This document shows positions 11,046-21,582 of a stretch of 64,000 nucleotides of DNA, one piece after another. The translations under genes were made by a program, and so were the position numbers. This stretch comes from an uncultured Solirubrobacteraceae bacterium (GTDB taxonomy: Bacteria; Actinomycetota; Thermoleophilia; Solirubrobacterales; Solirubrobacteraceae). Below the pieces are notes generated by a model, which was given only the letters and a program-made list of their open reading frames with translations, searched no databases and was not told the DNA's origin. Within the stretch, counting starts at the first letter, position 1. The number at the start of each line of letters is the position of its first letter. The stretch covers positions 1-64,000 of the forward strand of contig CAZPQW010000005.1 of NCBI GenBank assembly GCA_964588985.1, given 5' to 3'.

Positions 11046-11531
11046 CTATCGGTCTTTGGCGAGATGGGCCAGCGCGAGCGCGATCATCTCACGCTCGGCG
11101 GTGTGACTTAGCGCGGTCTGGGCCTCGCGCAGGTCCATCCAGCGGACCTCCTCGACCTCGTCGTCGTGATCGGCGGTGTCGCCTTCGACGTGGTTGAAGA
11201 GGAAGAACGACACCGTCTTGCCGATCGTGCGTCCGTCGCGCCGGTACCAGTAGCGCGACTCGCCCAGCTCGCACACCGGCTCGGCGACTATCCCCGTCTC
11301 CTCGCGCACCTCGCGCACGGCCGCCTCAATCGGGCTCTCGCCGGGATCGACGTGCCCCTTGGGCAGCGCCAGCACGCGCGAGCCGTCCGCCGCGCGGCGC
11401 GTGGGGACGATCGTGACGACCTGGTCGCCGCGAATCACCACGCCGCCCGCGGAGAACTCGCGCCCCTGCCCGCCGCGGCCGCGTCCCCCGCGGCCTCGTT
11501 TGCGCGACGACTTGGAGGACCTAGAAGACAT
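11046..11531 (-). CDS. NUDIX hydrolase with basic RGG-rich N-terminal tail
   Basis: Nudix box PKGHVDPGESPIEAAVREVREETG; N-terminus SRKRGRGGRGRGG. Confidence 0.88.
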   Translation of the reverse strand: MSSRSSKSSRKRGRGGRGRGGQGREFSAGGVVIRGDQVVTIVPTRRAADGSRVLALPKGHVDPGESPIEAAVREVREETGIVAEPVCELGESRYWYRRDGRTIGKTVSFFLFNHVEGDTADHDDEVEEVRWMDLREAQTALSHTAEREMIALALAHLAKDR

Positions 11532-12219
11532 ATTGCTTGAGCGCCTGCAGGTCGTGGACGGTCAGACGGCCGCGCCCCTGGGAGATGACGCCGGCGCGCT
11601 CGAGCACCGCGAGGAAGCGGCTGGCGGACTCGCGCGAGGAGCCGGCCAGCTGCGCGAGGTCGGCCTGGGTGGCGGTGACGAGCACGTCGGCCGGTCCCCT
11701 GCCGTCGGCGATCTCCTGTTCGACGAGCTGGCTGAGAACGACCGCGACACGGCTCTGCACCGTTTGGAAGGACTGGCGCGAAAGGCGCTCGTTGGTCTCG
11801 CGCAGGCGCCGGCCGAGGGCGATCACGAGTCGCATCGAGATCCCCGGGTGCTCGCTCATCAGCCTGCGCATGTCGCCGCCGAGCACCCCCACGACGCTCG
11901 TCGGCTCGATCGCTTCGACGGTCGCCGAGCGCAGCTCGTCCTCGAACATCGCGAGCTCGCCGAAGATGTCCCCCGGGCCGAACGTGGCGAGCGTGATCGT
12001 GCGCCCGTCGCCGTGCGTGCGCGTGGCGCGGGCATGGCCCTCGCGGACGACGTAGCAGGTGTCGCTGGAGTCGCCCTCGCGGAAGACCACCTGCCCCGGC
12101 TCGAAGTTGCGCGGCACCGCCACCTCGGCGATCCGCTCCAGGTCCCCAAGCTCGAGCGTGGAGAACACGGGCACCCGACCGAGCAGCTCGACCACCTCAG
12201 CTGAGCGAGTCGCCCCCAT
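11521..12219 (-). CDS. Crp/Fnr family transcriptional regulator
   Basis: cNMP domain (FREGD, GDIFGELA, RSATV) and HTH (TQADLAQLAGSSRESASR); start placed at ATG 12219. Confidence 0.92.
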   Translation of the reverse strand: MGATRSAEVVELLGRVPVFSTLELGDLERIAEVAVPRNFEPGQVVFREGDSSDTCYVVREGHARATRTHGDGRTITLATFGPGDIFGELAMFEDELRSATVEAIEPTSVVGVLGGDMRRLMSEHPGISMRLVIALGRRLRETNERLSRQSFQTVQSRVAVVLSQLVEQEIADGRGPADVLVTATQADLAQLAGSSRESASRFLAVLERAGVISQGRGRLTVHDLQALKQYVF

Positions 12220-12300
12220 CGTCCACGGAATACCACAACCGCCGACCCCGGCGCGGCTTGCTTGCACACGGGCCCGCCCACCGACGCTAACCTCAGCAAC

Positions 12301-12864
12301 ATGTCGGTAACCAGGTCGCGCCAGCTCGCTCTCTGTGCATTCGCCGCGGCGGCCGTGTGGCTGATCGCGCCCACGCTCGCCGTTCCCGCGCTGGGTGCGT
12401 CCACGCCGTCGTCGAACACCACGAGCACGAGCCTTCGCTCGCTGCTCTCCTCGAGGGAACTGTGGGCCACGATCGACGTGTGCAACTCCGTGCGCCACCC
12501 CAACACCGTAGGAGTACGCGGCTCGATGCCCGGCGATGGAAACACGCACGACAAGATGTACATGAGCTTTCGCCTGCAGTACCTGAACACGACGAGCAAC
12601 GTGTGGGTGAACCTGCCCACCGGGGCCGCCCCCGCATTCGTGTCGGTCGGCGCGGGCGCGAGCGCGCGCCAGGGCGGCACGAGCTTCCAGCTCGTGCCGG
12701 TCGCGGGCAAAGTCGGAGTGCGGATGCGTGGGGTGGTGAGCTTCCAGTGGCGGCGCGGCAAGAAGGTGCTGCAGTCCACTTCACGGCCTACCACCCCGAA
12801 ACACAAGAGCCTCGCCGGCGCCGAACCGGCCGGTTACAGCGCCGCCACCTGCCTCATCGGTTAA
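12301..12864 (+). CDS. Secreted hypothetical protein
   Basis: Signal peptide from ATG 12301; beta-rich with a Cys pair; TAACCT -10 box 7 nt upstream. Confidence 0.7.
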   Translation: MSVTRSRQLALCAFAAAAVWLIAPTLAVPALGASTPSSNTTSTSLRSLLSSRELWATIDVCNSVRHPNTVGVRGSMPGDGNTHDKMYMSFRLQYLNTTSNVWVNLPTGAAPAFVSVGAGASARQGGTSFQLVPVAGKVGVRMRGVVSFQWRRGKKVLQSTSRPTTPKHKSLAGAEPAGYSAATCLIG

Positions 12865-13580
12865 TCGCCGAACAGCCGCGGATCGTTGGTGATGATCCCG
12901 TCGACGCCCATGTCGGTGAGCTTGGTAATCATGCGCGCGTCGTCGACGGTCCATACGTAGAGCTGGCCTTCGCCTTCGGCGACGGCGCGTACGAGCGCTG
13001 GGGTGACGACCCGCCAGTGAGCCATGATCGCGTCGAAGCGGCCTTCGGCGAGCGCGCTGCGCGCGCGCCGGGGGAGCGTGGCGCGGTAGCCGGTGAGCAT
13101 CGCGAAGGCGGGGATCGCGGTGAGCATGTCGGTGGTGTAGTCGCGGCGCACGCGCGGCACCGACCAGCCGAGGCGCAGCGTGGGCTCGGCGGCGCGGATC
13201 TGCGCGAGCCCGCCCTGGAACATGCCGCTGATGAGCGTGCGCTCGACGAGATCGTGCTCGCGCAGCGCGGCGAGCACGCGCAGCTCGTAGCCGGGCAGCT
13301 TGATGTCGACGTCGAGCTCGATGCCCGCGAAGCGCTCGCCGCCGAGGTGCTCGAGCGCCTCGTCGAACGTGAGCGGCGTGCGCGAGCGGGCGTCCTCGTA
13401 GTCGTGCGCGACGAGCAGGCGCCCGCTGCCGTCGGCGTGCTCGCTGAGCACGTCGAGCTCGATCATGTCCATGCCGTGCGCGAGCGCCGCGTCGAAGCTC
13501 GCGAGCGTGTTGCCCGCCTCGATGTGCGCGGCGCCCTTGTGCCCCACGCGGCGCGGGCGCCTGTGCGTTGTCTCCGTCAT
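12861..13580 (-). CDS. Glycerophosphodiester phosphodiesterase
   Basis: [36 protein letters not shown]. Confidence 0.9.
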   Translation of the reverse strand: MTETTHRRPRRVGHKGAAHIEAGNTLASFDAALAHGMDMIELDVLSEHADGSGRLLVAHDYEDARSRTPLTFDEALEHLGGERFAGIELDVDIKLPGYELRVLAALREHDLVERTLISGMFQGGLAQIRAAEPTLRLGWSVPRVRRDYTTDMLTAIPAFAMLTGYRATLPRRARSALAEGRFDAIMAHWRVVTPALVRAVAEGEGQLYVWTVDDARMITKLTDMGVDGIITNDPRLFGD

Positions 13581-13602
13581 CGCGGCCCACGATAATGCGC
13601 GG

Positions 13603-15447
13603 ATGGGCGAGAGGCAGCCGGGATGGGCGCGGCCGACGCTGCTTGCGATCGCTCTCCTGGCCGCGCTGAGCTACGGGTGGGGCATGAGCGGCGCGGCGCT
13701 CGAGCCGTTCTACGGCGCGGCGGCGCGCAGCATGTCGGGCAGCTGGCACGACTTCTTCTTCGGCGCGTTCGACCCCGCGGGCACGGTCACCGTGGACAAG
13801 CTCCCGGGCGCGCTGTGGCCGCAGGCGCTGTCGCTGCGGATCTTCGGCTTCCACGTGTGGGCGCTGGTGCTGCCGCAGGTCCTCGAGGGCGTGCTGACGG
13901 TGCTCGTGCTCCACCGCGCGGTGCGCCGGCTGGCGGGGCCGGTGGCGGGGATCGTGGCGGCGGCGGTGCTCGCGGCGAGCCCGGTGACTGTGGCGTTGAA
14001 CAGGGGCAACGTCTCGGACTCGCTGTTGATCCTGCTGACGGTGCTCGCGGCGGATGCGACCTCGGCGGCGATCGTCTCCGGGCGGCTGCGCTCCCTGCTT
14101 CTCGCGGGGGTGTGGGTCGGTCTGGCGTTCCAGGCGAAGATGGTGCAGGCGTGGCTGATCCTCCCCGCGCTCGCGATCGCGTACCTCGCGGCCGCGCCCG
14201 CCCCGCGGCTGTGGGTGCGCGCGCGGTACGTGGCGCTGGCGGGCGCGGTGACGGCGGCGGTGTCGCTGAGCTGGATGACTGTCGTGTCGCTGATCCCGCA
14301 CGCCGATCGCCCGTACGTGGACGGCACTCAGAACGACTCGGTGTTCAGCCAGGTGTTCGACTACAACGGCATCGCGCGCCTCAGCCACGGAAAGACCGTG
14401 TCGGGCGCGGGGCACACGGCCGCATTCCTCGCGCGCCAGGCGCAGGGCGCGGGGTCCGCGAGCAACATCGCAGAACACGTGGCGCCGAGCTGGCATCGTC
14501 TGCTCGACGGGGTGTATGGCAGGGACGTCGCGTGGCTGGCGCCAGCCGCGGCGATCGCGCTGGTGGGCGTGTTGCTGGCGAGCCGCGGGAGCGGCCGCGA
14601 GGACCCGAGACGTGCGGCGGTGATCCTGTGGGGGGTATGGCTGGCGATCCTGGGGGTGGCGTTCAGCGACGGCATCTACCTGCACTCCTACTACGTGGCG
14701 GCGCTCGCGCCGGCGATCGCGGCGCTGTGCGGAGCGGGCGCGGCGGTGGCGTGGGAGCGACGGGAGGACCCGCGCGTGAGCCGCACGTTCGTGGGCACGC
14801 TCTCGATATCGATCGCTTACGGCGTGTTCCTGCTGCGCGACGGCGTCGGGGTGCCCGCGTGGTTGACGCCTACGGCGATCGGCCTGGGTGTGGGGAGCGC
14901 GAGCGCGGTGTTCGTCGCGATCGCGAGGCCAAGCTTGAGCAAGCGGCCGCGCGCACGTGGCTCGGTCGCTCTTGGGAGCGGAGCGCTGCTCGCGTGTGCG
15001 CTGCTGCTGCCGGCGGTCGCCTCGGCGCTGATGGTCACACGCGGGCTGGGTCCGTTCGCGGTCCCGTTCGAGCCGGCGTCGGCGACCGAATCGCGTGCGG
15101 AGGCAAAGCACGCGAACGCGGTGAGCGCGCAGATCGTGGAAGCGATCTCCTCCGAATACGAAGCGCCGTGGGCGTTCGCGATCGACACGTCGCAGCTCGC
15201 CGCCCCTTACATCCAGGCGACGGGCAGGGAGGTGCTCCCGATCGGCGGCTTCGAAGGCGGGATCCCGGCGCCGACGGTGTCGCAGCTGCGCGGCTACGTC
15301 TCATCCGGCAAGGTCCGCGCGTTCCTCGTCCCGGGCGGCGAACGCGACCCGCGCCTGGAATGGGTGTACGCGCACTGCAAGCGCACCGAAGCGACCACCG
15401 GCGGCAGGGTTCCGCTGGTGCTGTACGACTGCGGGGGCGCGAGCTAG
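13603..15447 (+). CDS. GT-C glycosyltransferase (ArnT/PMT_2, family 39-like)
   Basis: FYGAAARSMSGSWHDFFFGAFDP, TVDKLPG, FQAKM, RPYVDG, HSYY, PIGGF. Confidence 0.88.
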   Translation: MGERQPGWARPTLLAIALLAALSYGWGMSGAALEPFYGAAARSMSGSWHDFFFGAFDPAGTVTVDKLPGALWPQALSLRIFGFHVWALVLPQVLEGVLTVLVLHRAVRRLAGPVAGIVAAAVLAASPVTVALNRGNVSDSLLILLTVLAADATSAAIVSGRLRSLLLAGVWVGLAFQAKMVQAWLILPALAIAYLAAAPAPRLWVRARYVALAGAVTAAVSLSWMTVVSLIPHADRPYVDGTQNDSVFSQVFDYNGIARLSHGKTVSGAGHTAAFLARQAQGAGSASNIAEHVAPSWHRLLDGVYGRDVAWLAPAAAIALVGVLLASRGSGREDPRRAAVILWGVWLAILGVAFSDGIYLHSYYVAALAPAIAALCGAGAAVAWERREDPRVSRTFVGTLSISIAYGVFLLRDGVGVPAWLTPTAIGLGVGSASAVFVAIARPSLSKRPRARGSVALGSGALLACALLLPAVASALMVTRGLGPFAVPFEPASATESRAEAKHANAVSAQIVEAISSEYEAPWAFAIDTSQLAAPYIQATGREVLPIGGFEGGIPAPTVSQLRGYVSSGKVRAFLVPGGERDPRLEWVYAHCKRTEATTGGRVPLVLYDCGGAS

Positions 15448-15452
15448 AAGCG

Positions 15453-16772
15453 CTAGACCGCGCGCAGCGGTTTACGACACGACTGGATGGCCTCGATGGC
15501 GCCTTTGGGGCCGATGTACGGCGCGAGCACGGTGAACACGAGCTGGTCCACGAGGCAGGGCAGGCGCGAGAGGCGGTCGTTGGCGACGTAGCTGGCGATG
15601 ATTCCCCACACCGCTCCGGTGACGGCTTCGAGCGCTACGGCCGGTCCGCGACGCGGCGCGGGTCCGTGCTCGACGAGCATCTTGGTGAAGTCCTCGACGG
15701 AGTGGGTCATCCGCCCGATCATGCCGGGGCCGACTTCGAACACGTCGATGAACGCGATCCGCAGCAGCGCCTGGTGGGCGACGAGGTAGTCGACGAACGC
15801 GGTCATCGTCTTGTAGACCGCCTCCGGCCAGGAGTCCGCGCCGTCGAGGTTGGGGCGCACTGAGTCGAGCGCTTCCTGGACGAATTCGTCGAGCACCGCG
15901 AGGAAGCACTCCTCCTTGTTGGCGAACTGCTTGTGAAACGCCTCGGTGGAGATGCCGGCGAACTGCGCGATCTGCGGGTCGGTGAGCCGCGCGTAGCCTT
16001 CGTCGAGCGTGAGGTGCACGACCGAGCCGAGCACCCGGGCGCGCTTGTCGTCGCGCGCGAGGAACGCGGCGGGCGTGGGCGGCTGGTGCGGAGGGGTCGG
16101 CGGCCCAAACGGGCGAAGCCGGGCGGCGGCGGGCGTGCGGTAGGACTCGATCCAGTCGAGCACTTCGTCGGTCAGCCCGAACAGCTCGCGCTCGCGGTTC
16201 TCGAGCATCCGCATGAACACCACGTGACGCACCCCGCCGACGATCCCGCGCGAGGTCAACTGCGGGAAGCCGACGCCGTCGGGCGACGCGGCGAAGGCCG
16301 TGGCCACAAGGCGCTCGAACGTGAAGCCCGCCAGCTGCATCCGTTCGCGCGCCTTGGGCCCGATGCCCAGCGAGTCGACCAGGACCAGCCGCGGCCCCTT
16401 GGGGGACTCGGCTACGTCGTCGAGCAGCGCCTTGCAGGCGGCGTGCACGCGGTTGGCCCACCCCCGCTCGCCCTGCCAGGCGTCGAGCACGCGCTTGCGG
16501 GCGCGAGCGACCACGATGTCGTAGGTCGCCAGGAAGCACTCTTCCTTGTTGGCGAACTGCTCGTAGAACGCTCTGCGCGACACGCCCGCCAGCCCTATGA
16601 CATGGGCGACTGTCGTGGCGTGATAGCCCCGCTGCGATACGGACTCGATCATCCCGCCGTAAAGACGTGCCCGCTGGTTGCGAGCGACTTCCTCACGGTT
16701 CATACCGTTAGGTCCGTGCGGCAACCTCCGGTACATCGGTGCGAGTTGGCCCCTGGTTCGACTCATCCCCAC
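15453..16772 (-). CDS. Tandem (double) TetR/AcrR family regulator
   Basis: Two TetR HTH units, each ending QFANKEECFL; the DNA at 15901-15930 and 16531-16560 is 29/30 identical. Confidence 0.85.
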   Translation of the reverse strand: MGMSRTRGQLAPMYRRLPHGPNGMNREEVARNQRARLYGGMIESVSQRGYHATTVAHVIGLAGVSRRAFYEQFANKEECFLATYDIVVARARKRVLDAWQGERGWANRVHAACKALLDDVAESPKGPRLVLVDSLGIGPKARERMQLAGFTFERLVATAFAASPDGVGFPQLTSRGIVGGVRHVVFMRMLENRERELFGLTDEVLDWIESYRTPAAARLRPFGPPTPPHQPPTPAAFLARDDKRARVLGSVVHLTLDEGYARLTDPQIAQFAGISTEAFHKQFANKEECFLAVLDEFVQEALDSVRPNLDGADSWPEAVYKTMTAFVDYLVAHQALLRIAFIDVFEVGPGMIGRMTHSVEDFTKMLVEHGPAPRRGPAVALEAVTGAVWGIIASYVANDRLSRLPCLVDQLVFTVLAPYIGPKGAIEAIQSCRKPLRAV

Positions 16773-16986
16773 GGTTCTAGAAGGTAAATGATTTGGCTGT
16801 CCGGCGCAAGTTCCTATAGGCCTTTAATAACAAGCTGGTTCGAACACTTCTACTGCTGTCTCCATTACGTCCAAACGTCCGACAGACAAAGAGATTCGCA
16901 CTACGGCGACAAAACATCCGGTGGTTGGGAGATCGACTGTCGCGGCTGAGACGGCGTGCCGAGGACCCGGCGCCGGGTGGCGAAGC

Positions 16987-19900
16987 TCAGGCGGTGAGCG
17001 TGAGGCGGCGCGGACCGGTGTGGAAGCCCAGCTCGGCGAGGGTCGGAGCGAGCGCCGAACCCAACGCTGGCCGGCCATCTATGCGCTCCAGAGCGAGCTT
17101 TGGCGCCCTCCCCGCGCGTACGGCCGCAGCCAGCGCGTCCAGTCCAGCGTGCAGTCGCTCGGCGTTTGCGAGCGTGATCAGCCCGCGCCCGCCGCGCTCG
17201 ACGTACAGCGCCGGCTCGTCATCTACGAGCACCACGTACGCGCCAGCCACACGTGCGGGGGACGACCGGGCCGGCGCCGCACGTTCCTGACTTTCACGCT
17301 TGGGCCATGGCAGCGCGGCGCCGTAGGGCTGGGCGGGGTCGGCGGCGGCAAGCACCACCGAGCCGGTCGCACCGAGGGAACGTCCGTGCAAATTGTCTCC
17401 GACCCCGGCGCCTAGCACCGCGCCCGGCGTTCCCGGCCCGCTGCCCCCCGCGCGCAGTCGCTCGACGGCGCCAGGGAGCGCGAACTGAGCGCCGCCCATG
17501 CCCTCGATGAAGTAACCGCGTCGACACACGCCGAGCGTCTCGAGGTTGGCGAACGTGTCGTAGAGCATCGCGAAGCCGCCCCTGATGCCCTCGGCGAGCA
17601 CCTGCTCGCGGGTGACGATGCCGTAGCGCTCGAGCAGCAGTTCGGCGAGGGCCCGCCTGCGCTCGGTTGCGCCGGCTGGCCCCTTGAGCGCACCGCGGAA
17701 GATGGCGGCGGCGAGCGACCAGCGGCCCTGCACCTGCGTGTTGGCGCTCGAGCGGCGCGCACGGAAGCGCGACCTGCCGACGCTGGGTCGGCCCGACGCC
17801 CCACCGGCCGTGCCTCCGCGCTCCCCTCGTGCGAGGGAAAGGCGCGGCGCGCGCAGCGGCGCCCATGCGTCGTTGGTGACCTCGCCGGCCCACACGAGAT
17901 CCCAGAGCGCCTCGCGCAGCGCCTCTGCGGGGGCGTCGAGCTCGGCGAGCAGGTCGGTGAAGAACGCGGGCGCCTGGGCGAGCAGCCCGCGAACGAGGTC
18001 GTGCTCGGGGTCGCTGGGTGGCGCGGCGCCCGCGCGCCCGGTGGCGGGCGGCCCGATCGCGGGAGCATCCTCGCGGAAGTACAGCGCCACACGCCCGGAG
18101 CGCCCGAGCGGTCCGGCTCCTACCCAGACGACCTCGCCGCTGGCGCAGAGCGCGTCGAGCCAGGTGGGCGAGTAGGCGCCGGTGCGTCGGGGCAGCACGT
18201 CGCGCTCCCAGATCTCGAGTGGCAGCGCGAGACCCTGCAGCGGCACGAGAACCTCGCGCAGCCGGTCGACTCCGGCCCCCGCGCCCGAGTGTCGGTCGAC
18301 GCCCTGCCAGGAGGGCAGGAACGCGGCTAGGCGGCGCTGGTCGGCGGGCTCGATCTCCTTGCGCAGCGATGCGAGCGACGCGCGCCGCACCCGTCGCAGC
18401 ACCTCGACGTCGCACCACTCGCGCTCGCTCCCTCCGGGCCGCAGCTCGCCGCGGACGACATCGCCGGCGCGCTCGAGCTCGCGCAGCACGGCGGAGGCGT
18501 CGACCTTGTAGCGCGCGCGTAGCTCCTCGGTGGTGAACGGGCCGTGCGTGCGGGCATGGCGGGCGACGATCTCGCGCAGCGCGTCGGGGACGTCGGCGAG
18601 GAACGCGTCGGGCAGCCCGCCGGGGGGCATGGCGCCGAGCGCGTCACGGTAGAGGCCGGCCTCGTCGGCGGCGATGAAGCGCTCCTGTTCCCCGACCCTC
18701 AGCTTGATGGCGCGCCGTTCGCGGACGAGCTCGTCGAGCAGCCCCGCGGCGTCGATCCCGGCGAACACGCGCTCGTGGATCTCCTCAAGGGTGAGGTCGC
18801 CGACGTGGCGGAGCACGTCGTGCAGGCCGTCGCGCCCGGTGGCGCGGGTGATGTCGGAGCGGTGCTGGAGGTCGTCTTCGACGCGCTGGAGGGCGCCGGG
18901 GTCGATCAGCTCGCGCAGCTCCTCCTGGCCGAGCAGCTCGCGCAGCAGGTCGCGGTCGAGCGACAGCGCGGCGGCGCGGCGCTCGGCGTTGGGCGCGTCG
19001 CCCTCGTACATGTAGGTGGCGACGTAGTCGAACAGCAGCGAGGAGGCGTATGGCGAGGCGGTGGGGGTCTCGACCTCGACGAGCGAGATCTCGCGTGTGT
19101 GCAGGCCACGCAGCAGCTCCTGCAGGCCGGGCACGTCGAGCACGTCGCGCAGGCACTCGCGGTAGGTCTCGAGCACGATGGGGAAGTCCTCGTAGCGGCG
19201 GGCGACCTCGAGCAGGTTCTGCGCCTTGAGCCGCTGCTGCCACAGCGGCGTGCGTCGGCCGGGGTAGGCGCGGGGGATGAGCAGGGCGCGCGCGGCGTTC
19301 TCGCGGAAGCGCGCGCCGAACAGCGCGGAGTCGCCGAGCTCGGCCATGATCGCCTGCTCGACGTCCTCGGGCTCGATCAGCACCAACTCGGCCACGGACG
19401 TAAGCGCCTCGGATTCGTCCGCATCGAGGTCGGGCAGGTGCAGCACGATGCCGTCGTCGGAGGAGATGGCGTCGGCCTCGAGGCCGAGGCGCTCGCGGAT
19501 GCGGGCGGACAGAGCGAGCGCCCACGCGGAGTGGACGCGCCCGCCGTAGGGGGAGAGGATGCAAAGGCGCCAGTCGCCGATCTCGTCGCGGAAGCGCTCG
19601 AGGACGATGGTGCGCTCGCTGGGGAGCACGCGCGTGGCTGTCTGCTGCTCCTGCAGATAGGCGAGGAGGTTGCGCGCGGCGCGCGGGTCGAGGTCGTAGT
19701 CGCGCTCCAGGGTCTGCGGCTCCTGCTCGACGGCCCAGCGCGCGAACGCGCCGATCGCCTCTCCGAGCTCCTTGGGTCGCCCGACGGTGTCGCCCTTCCA
19801 GAACGGCACCGCGCCGGGCGCGCCGGGGGCGGGAGTGACGATGACGCGGTCGCGGGTGATCTCCTCGATGCGCCAGGCGGAGGCGCCGAGCAGGAACGCC

Positions 19901-21582
19901 TGTCCGGGGCGGGCCTCGTAGACCATCTCCTCGTCGAGCTCGCCCACGCGGCGCCCGTCGGGGAGAACGACCGCATACAGGCCGCGGTCGGGGATGGTGC
20001 CGGCGTTGGCGACGGCCAGCTGGCGTGATCCCTTGCGCGCGCGGACGACGCCGGCGAGCCGATCCCAGACGATGCGCGCGCGCAGCTCGCCGAACTCCTT
20101 GGACGGATAGCGCCCGTCGAGCATGTCGAGCACGTTCTCCAACAGCTCGCGGGAGAGGGTTGAGTAGGAGTGGGTATTGGTTATCAACGCGTGGAGGTCG
20201 TCAACGGAGACCCCGTCGTCCCCTGGCGCGCCGTCTGCCGTCTGCGCATCGGCCTTGGCTTTCGCCGCGGGTTCGGCAGACACCGCGATGGCGACGATCT
20301 GCTGGGCGAGCACGTCGAGCGCGTTGCGCGGCACGACGGTCGGCTCGATGAGCCCTTCGTGCATGCGCCGCACGACGACCGCGCACTCGAGCAGGTCGCC
20401 GCGGAACTTGGGGAAGATGCGCCCGCGACTGACCTCGCCGACGCCGTGGCCGGCGCGCCCGATGCGCTGCAGGCCGCGGGCGACGGACTTGGGCGACTCG
20501 ATCTGCAGCACGAGGTCGACGGCGCCCATGTCGATGCCGAGCTCGAGCGAGCTGGTGGCGACGAGGCAGGGCAGCTCGCCGGCCTTGAGCAGCTCCTCCA
20601 CCTTGGTGCGCTCCTCGCGCGCGAGCGAGCCGTGGTGCGCGCGGGCGATGTCAGCCTCGGCGAGCTCGTTGAGGCGCAGCGCGACGCGCTCGGCGGCACG
20701 GCGGTTGTTGACGAACACGATCGTGGAGTTGTGCTCGCGGACTAGCTTCAGCAGCTCGGGGTAGATGGCGGGCCAGATCGAGTTACGCGTGGACTCGCCA
20801 CCGTTAATCGGACCCCCACCCGCCCCCAGCGGATCGACCGGCGGCGACCCCTCCCCCGTGGCGCCCGGTTCGGCCATCGACTCGACGGGCACCTCGATGC
20901 GCAGGTCGAGCGGCTTCTTCGCGCCTGCGTCGAGGATGGTGACCTCGCGACGGGGCCCCACGAGGAAGCGGCCGATCTCCTCGAGCGGGTTCTGCGTGGC
21001 GCTGAGGCCGATGCGTTGCACGGGCTTGCCCGTCCCGCGGGCCTGCGCCTCGAGGCGCTCGAGCGTGAGCGCGAGGTGCGAGCCGCGCTTGGAGTGCGCG
21101 ACGGCGTGGATCTCGTCGACGATGACCGCCTCGACCCCGCACAATGTTTCACGCGCGCGCGAGGTGAGCATCAGGTAGAGCGACTCTGGTGTGGTGACGA
21201 GGATGTGCGGCGGGTTGCGCAGCATGGCGGCGCGCTCGCGTTGGGGCGTGTCGCCGGTGCGGATCCCCACGCGCACGTCCTCGGCGCCCAGGCCGCGCAG
21301 GGGGGCGCGGAGGTTGCGCTCGATGTCGTAGGCGAGCGCCTTGAGCGGGCTGACGTAGACGACGCGCGTGCCGCCGCCGGTGTCCGAGCCATCGCGGCCG
21401 CTGAGTCGGTCGAGCGCCCAGAGGAACGCGGCGAGCGTCTTGCCTGATCCGGTGGGCGCTGAGAGCAGCACGTGCTCGCCGGCGGCGATCGCGGGCCAGG
21501 CGGCGGTCTGAGCTGGCGTGGGGGCGGCGAAGGCGCGCTCGAACCACGCGCGGGTGTGCGGGCTGAAGCTCGAGAGCGGCAC
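16987..21582 (-). CDS. lhr: Lhr helicase, long form with C-terminal domain
   Basis: APTGSGKT, DEIH, HHGS, SSLELGID, QRIGRAGH, GTIPDRG, ELDEEMVYE, and in the CTD LLERYG, RRGYF, DPAQPYGAALPWP. GTG 21582 has TAGCCT 7 nt upstream. Confidence 0.93.
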   Translation of the reverse strand: MPLSSFSPHTRAWFERAFAAPTPAQTAAWPAIAAGEHVLLSAPTGSGKTLAAFLWALDRLSGRDGSDTGGGTRVVYVSPLKALAYDIERNLRAPLRGLGAEDVRVGIRTGDTPQRERAAMLRNPPHILVTTPESLYLMLTSRARETLCGVEAVIVDEIHAVAHSKRGSHLALTLERLEAQARGTGKPVQRIGLSATQNPLEEIGRFLVGPRREVTILDAGAKKPLDLRIEVPVESMAEPGATGEGSPPVDPLGAGGGPINGGESTRNSIWPAIYPELLKLVREHNSTIVFVNNRRAAERVALRLNELAEADIARAHHGSLAREERTKVEELLKAGELPCLVATSSLELGIDMGAVDLVLQIESPKSVARGLQRIGRAGHGVGEVSRGRIFPKFRGDLLECAVVVRRMHEGLIEPTVVPRNALDVLAQQIVAIAVSAEPAAKAKADAQTADGAPGDDGVSVDDLHALITNTHSYSTLSRELLENVLDMLDGRYPSKEFGELRARIVWDRLAGVVRARKGSRQLAVANAGTIPDRGLYAVVLPDGRRVGELDEEMVYEARPGQAFLLGASAWRIEEITRDRVIVTPAPGAPGAVPFWKGDTVGRPKELGEAIGAFARWAVEQEPQTLERDYDLDPRAARNLLAYLQEQQTATRVLPSERTIVLERFRDEIGDWRLCILSPYGGRVHSAWALALSARIRERLGLEADAISSDDGIVLHLPDLDADESEALTSVAELVLIEPEDVEQAIMAELGDSALFGARFRENAARALLIPRAYPGRRTPLWQQRLKAQNLLEVARRYEDFPIVLETYRECLRDVLDVPGLQELLRGLHTREISLVEVETPTASPYASSLLFDYVATYMYEGDAPNAERRAAALSLDRDLLRELLGQEELRELIDPGALQRVEDDLQHRSDITRATGRDGLHDVLRHVGDLTLEEIHERVFAGIDAAGLLDELVRERRAIKLRVGEQERFIAADEAGLYRDALGAMPPGGLPDAFLADVPDALREIVARHARTHGPFTTEELRARYKVDASAVLRELERAGDVVRGELRPGGSEREWCDVEVLRRVRRASLASLRKEIEPADQRRLAAFLPSWQGVDRHSGAGAGVDRLREVLVPLQGLALPLEIWERDVLPRRTGAYSPTWLDALCASGEVVWVGAGPLGRSGRVALYFREDAPAIGPPATGRAGAAPPSDPEHDLVRGLLAQAPAFFTDLLAELDAPAEALREALWDLVWAGEVTNDAWAPLRAPRLSLARGERGGTAGGASGRPSVGRSRFRARRSSANTQVQGRWSLAAAIFRGALKGPAGATERRRALAELLLERYGIVTREQVLAEGIRGGFAMLYDTFANLETLGVCRRGYFIEGMGGAQFALPGAVERLRAGGSGPGTPGAVLGAGVGDNLHGRSLGATGSVVLAAADPAQPYGAALPWPKRESQERAAPARSSPARVAGAYVVLVDDEPALYVERGGRGLITLANAERLHAGLDALAAAVRAGRAPKLALERIDGRPALGSALAPTLAELGFHTGPRRLTLTA

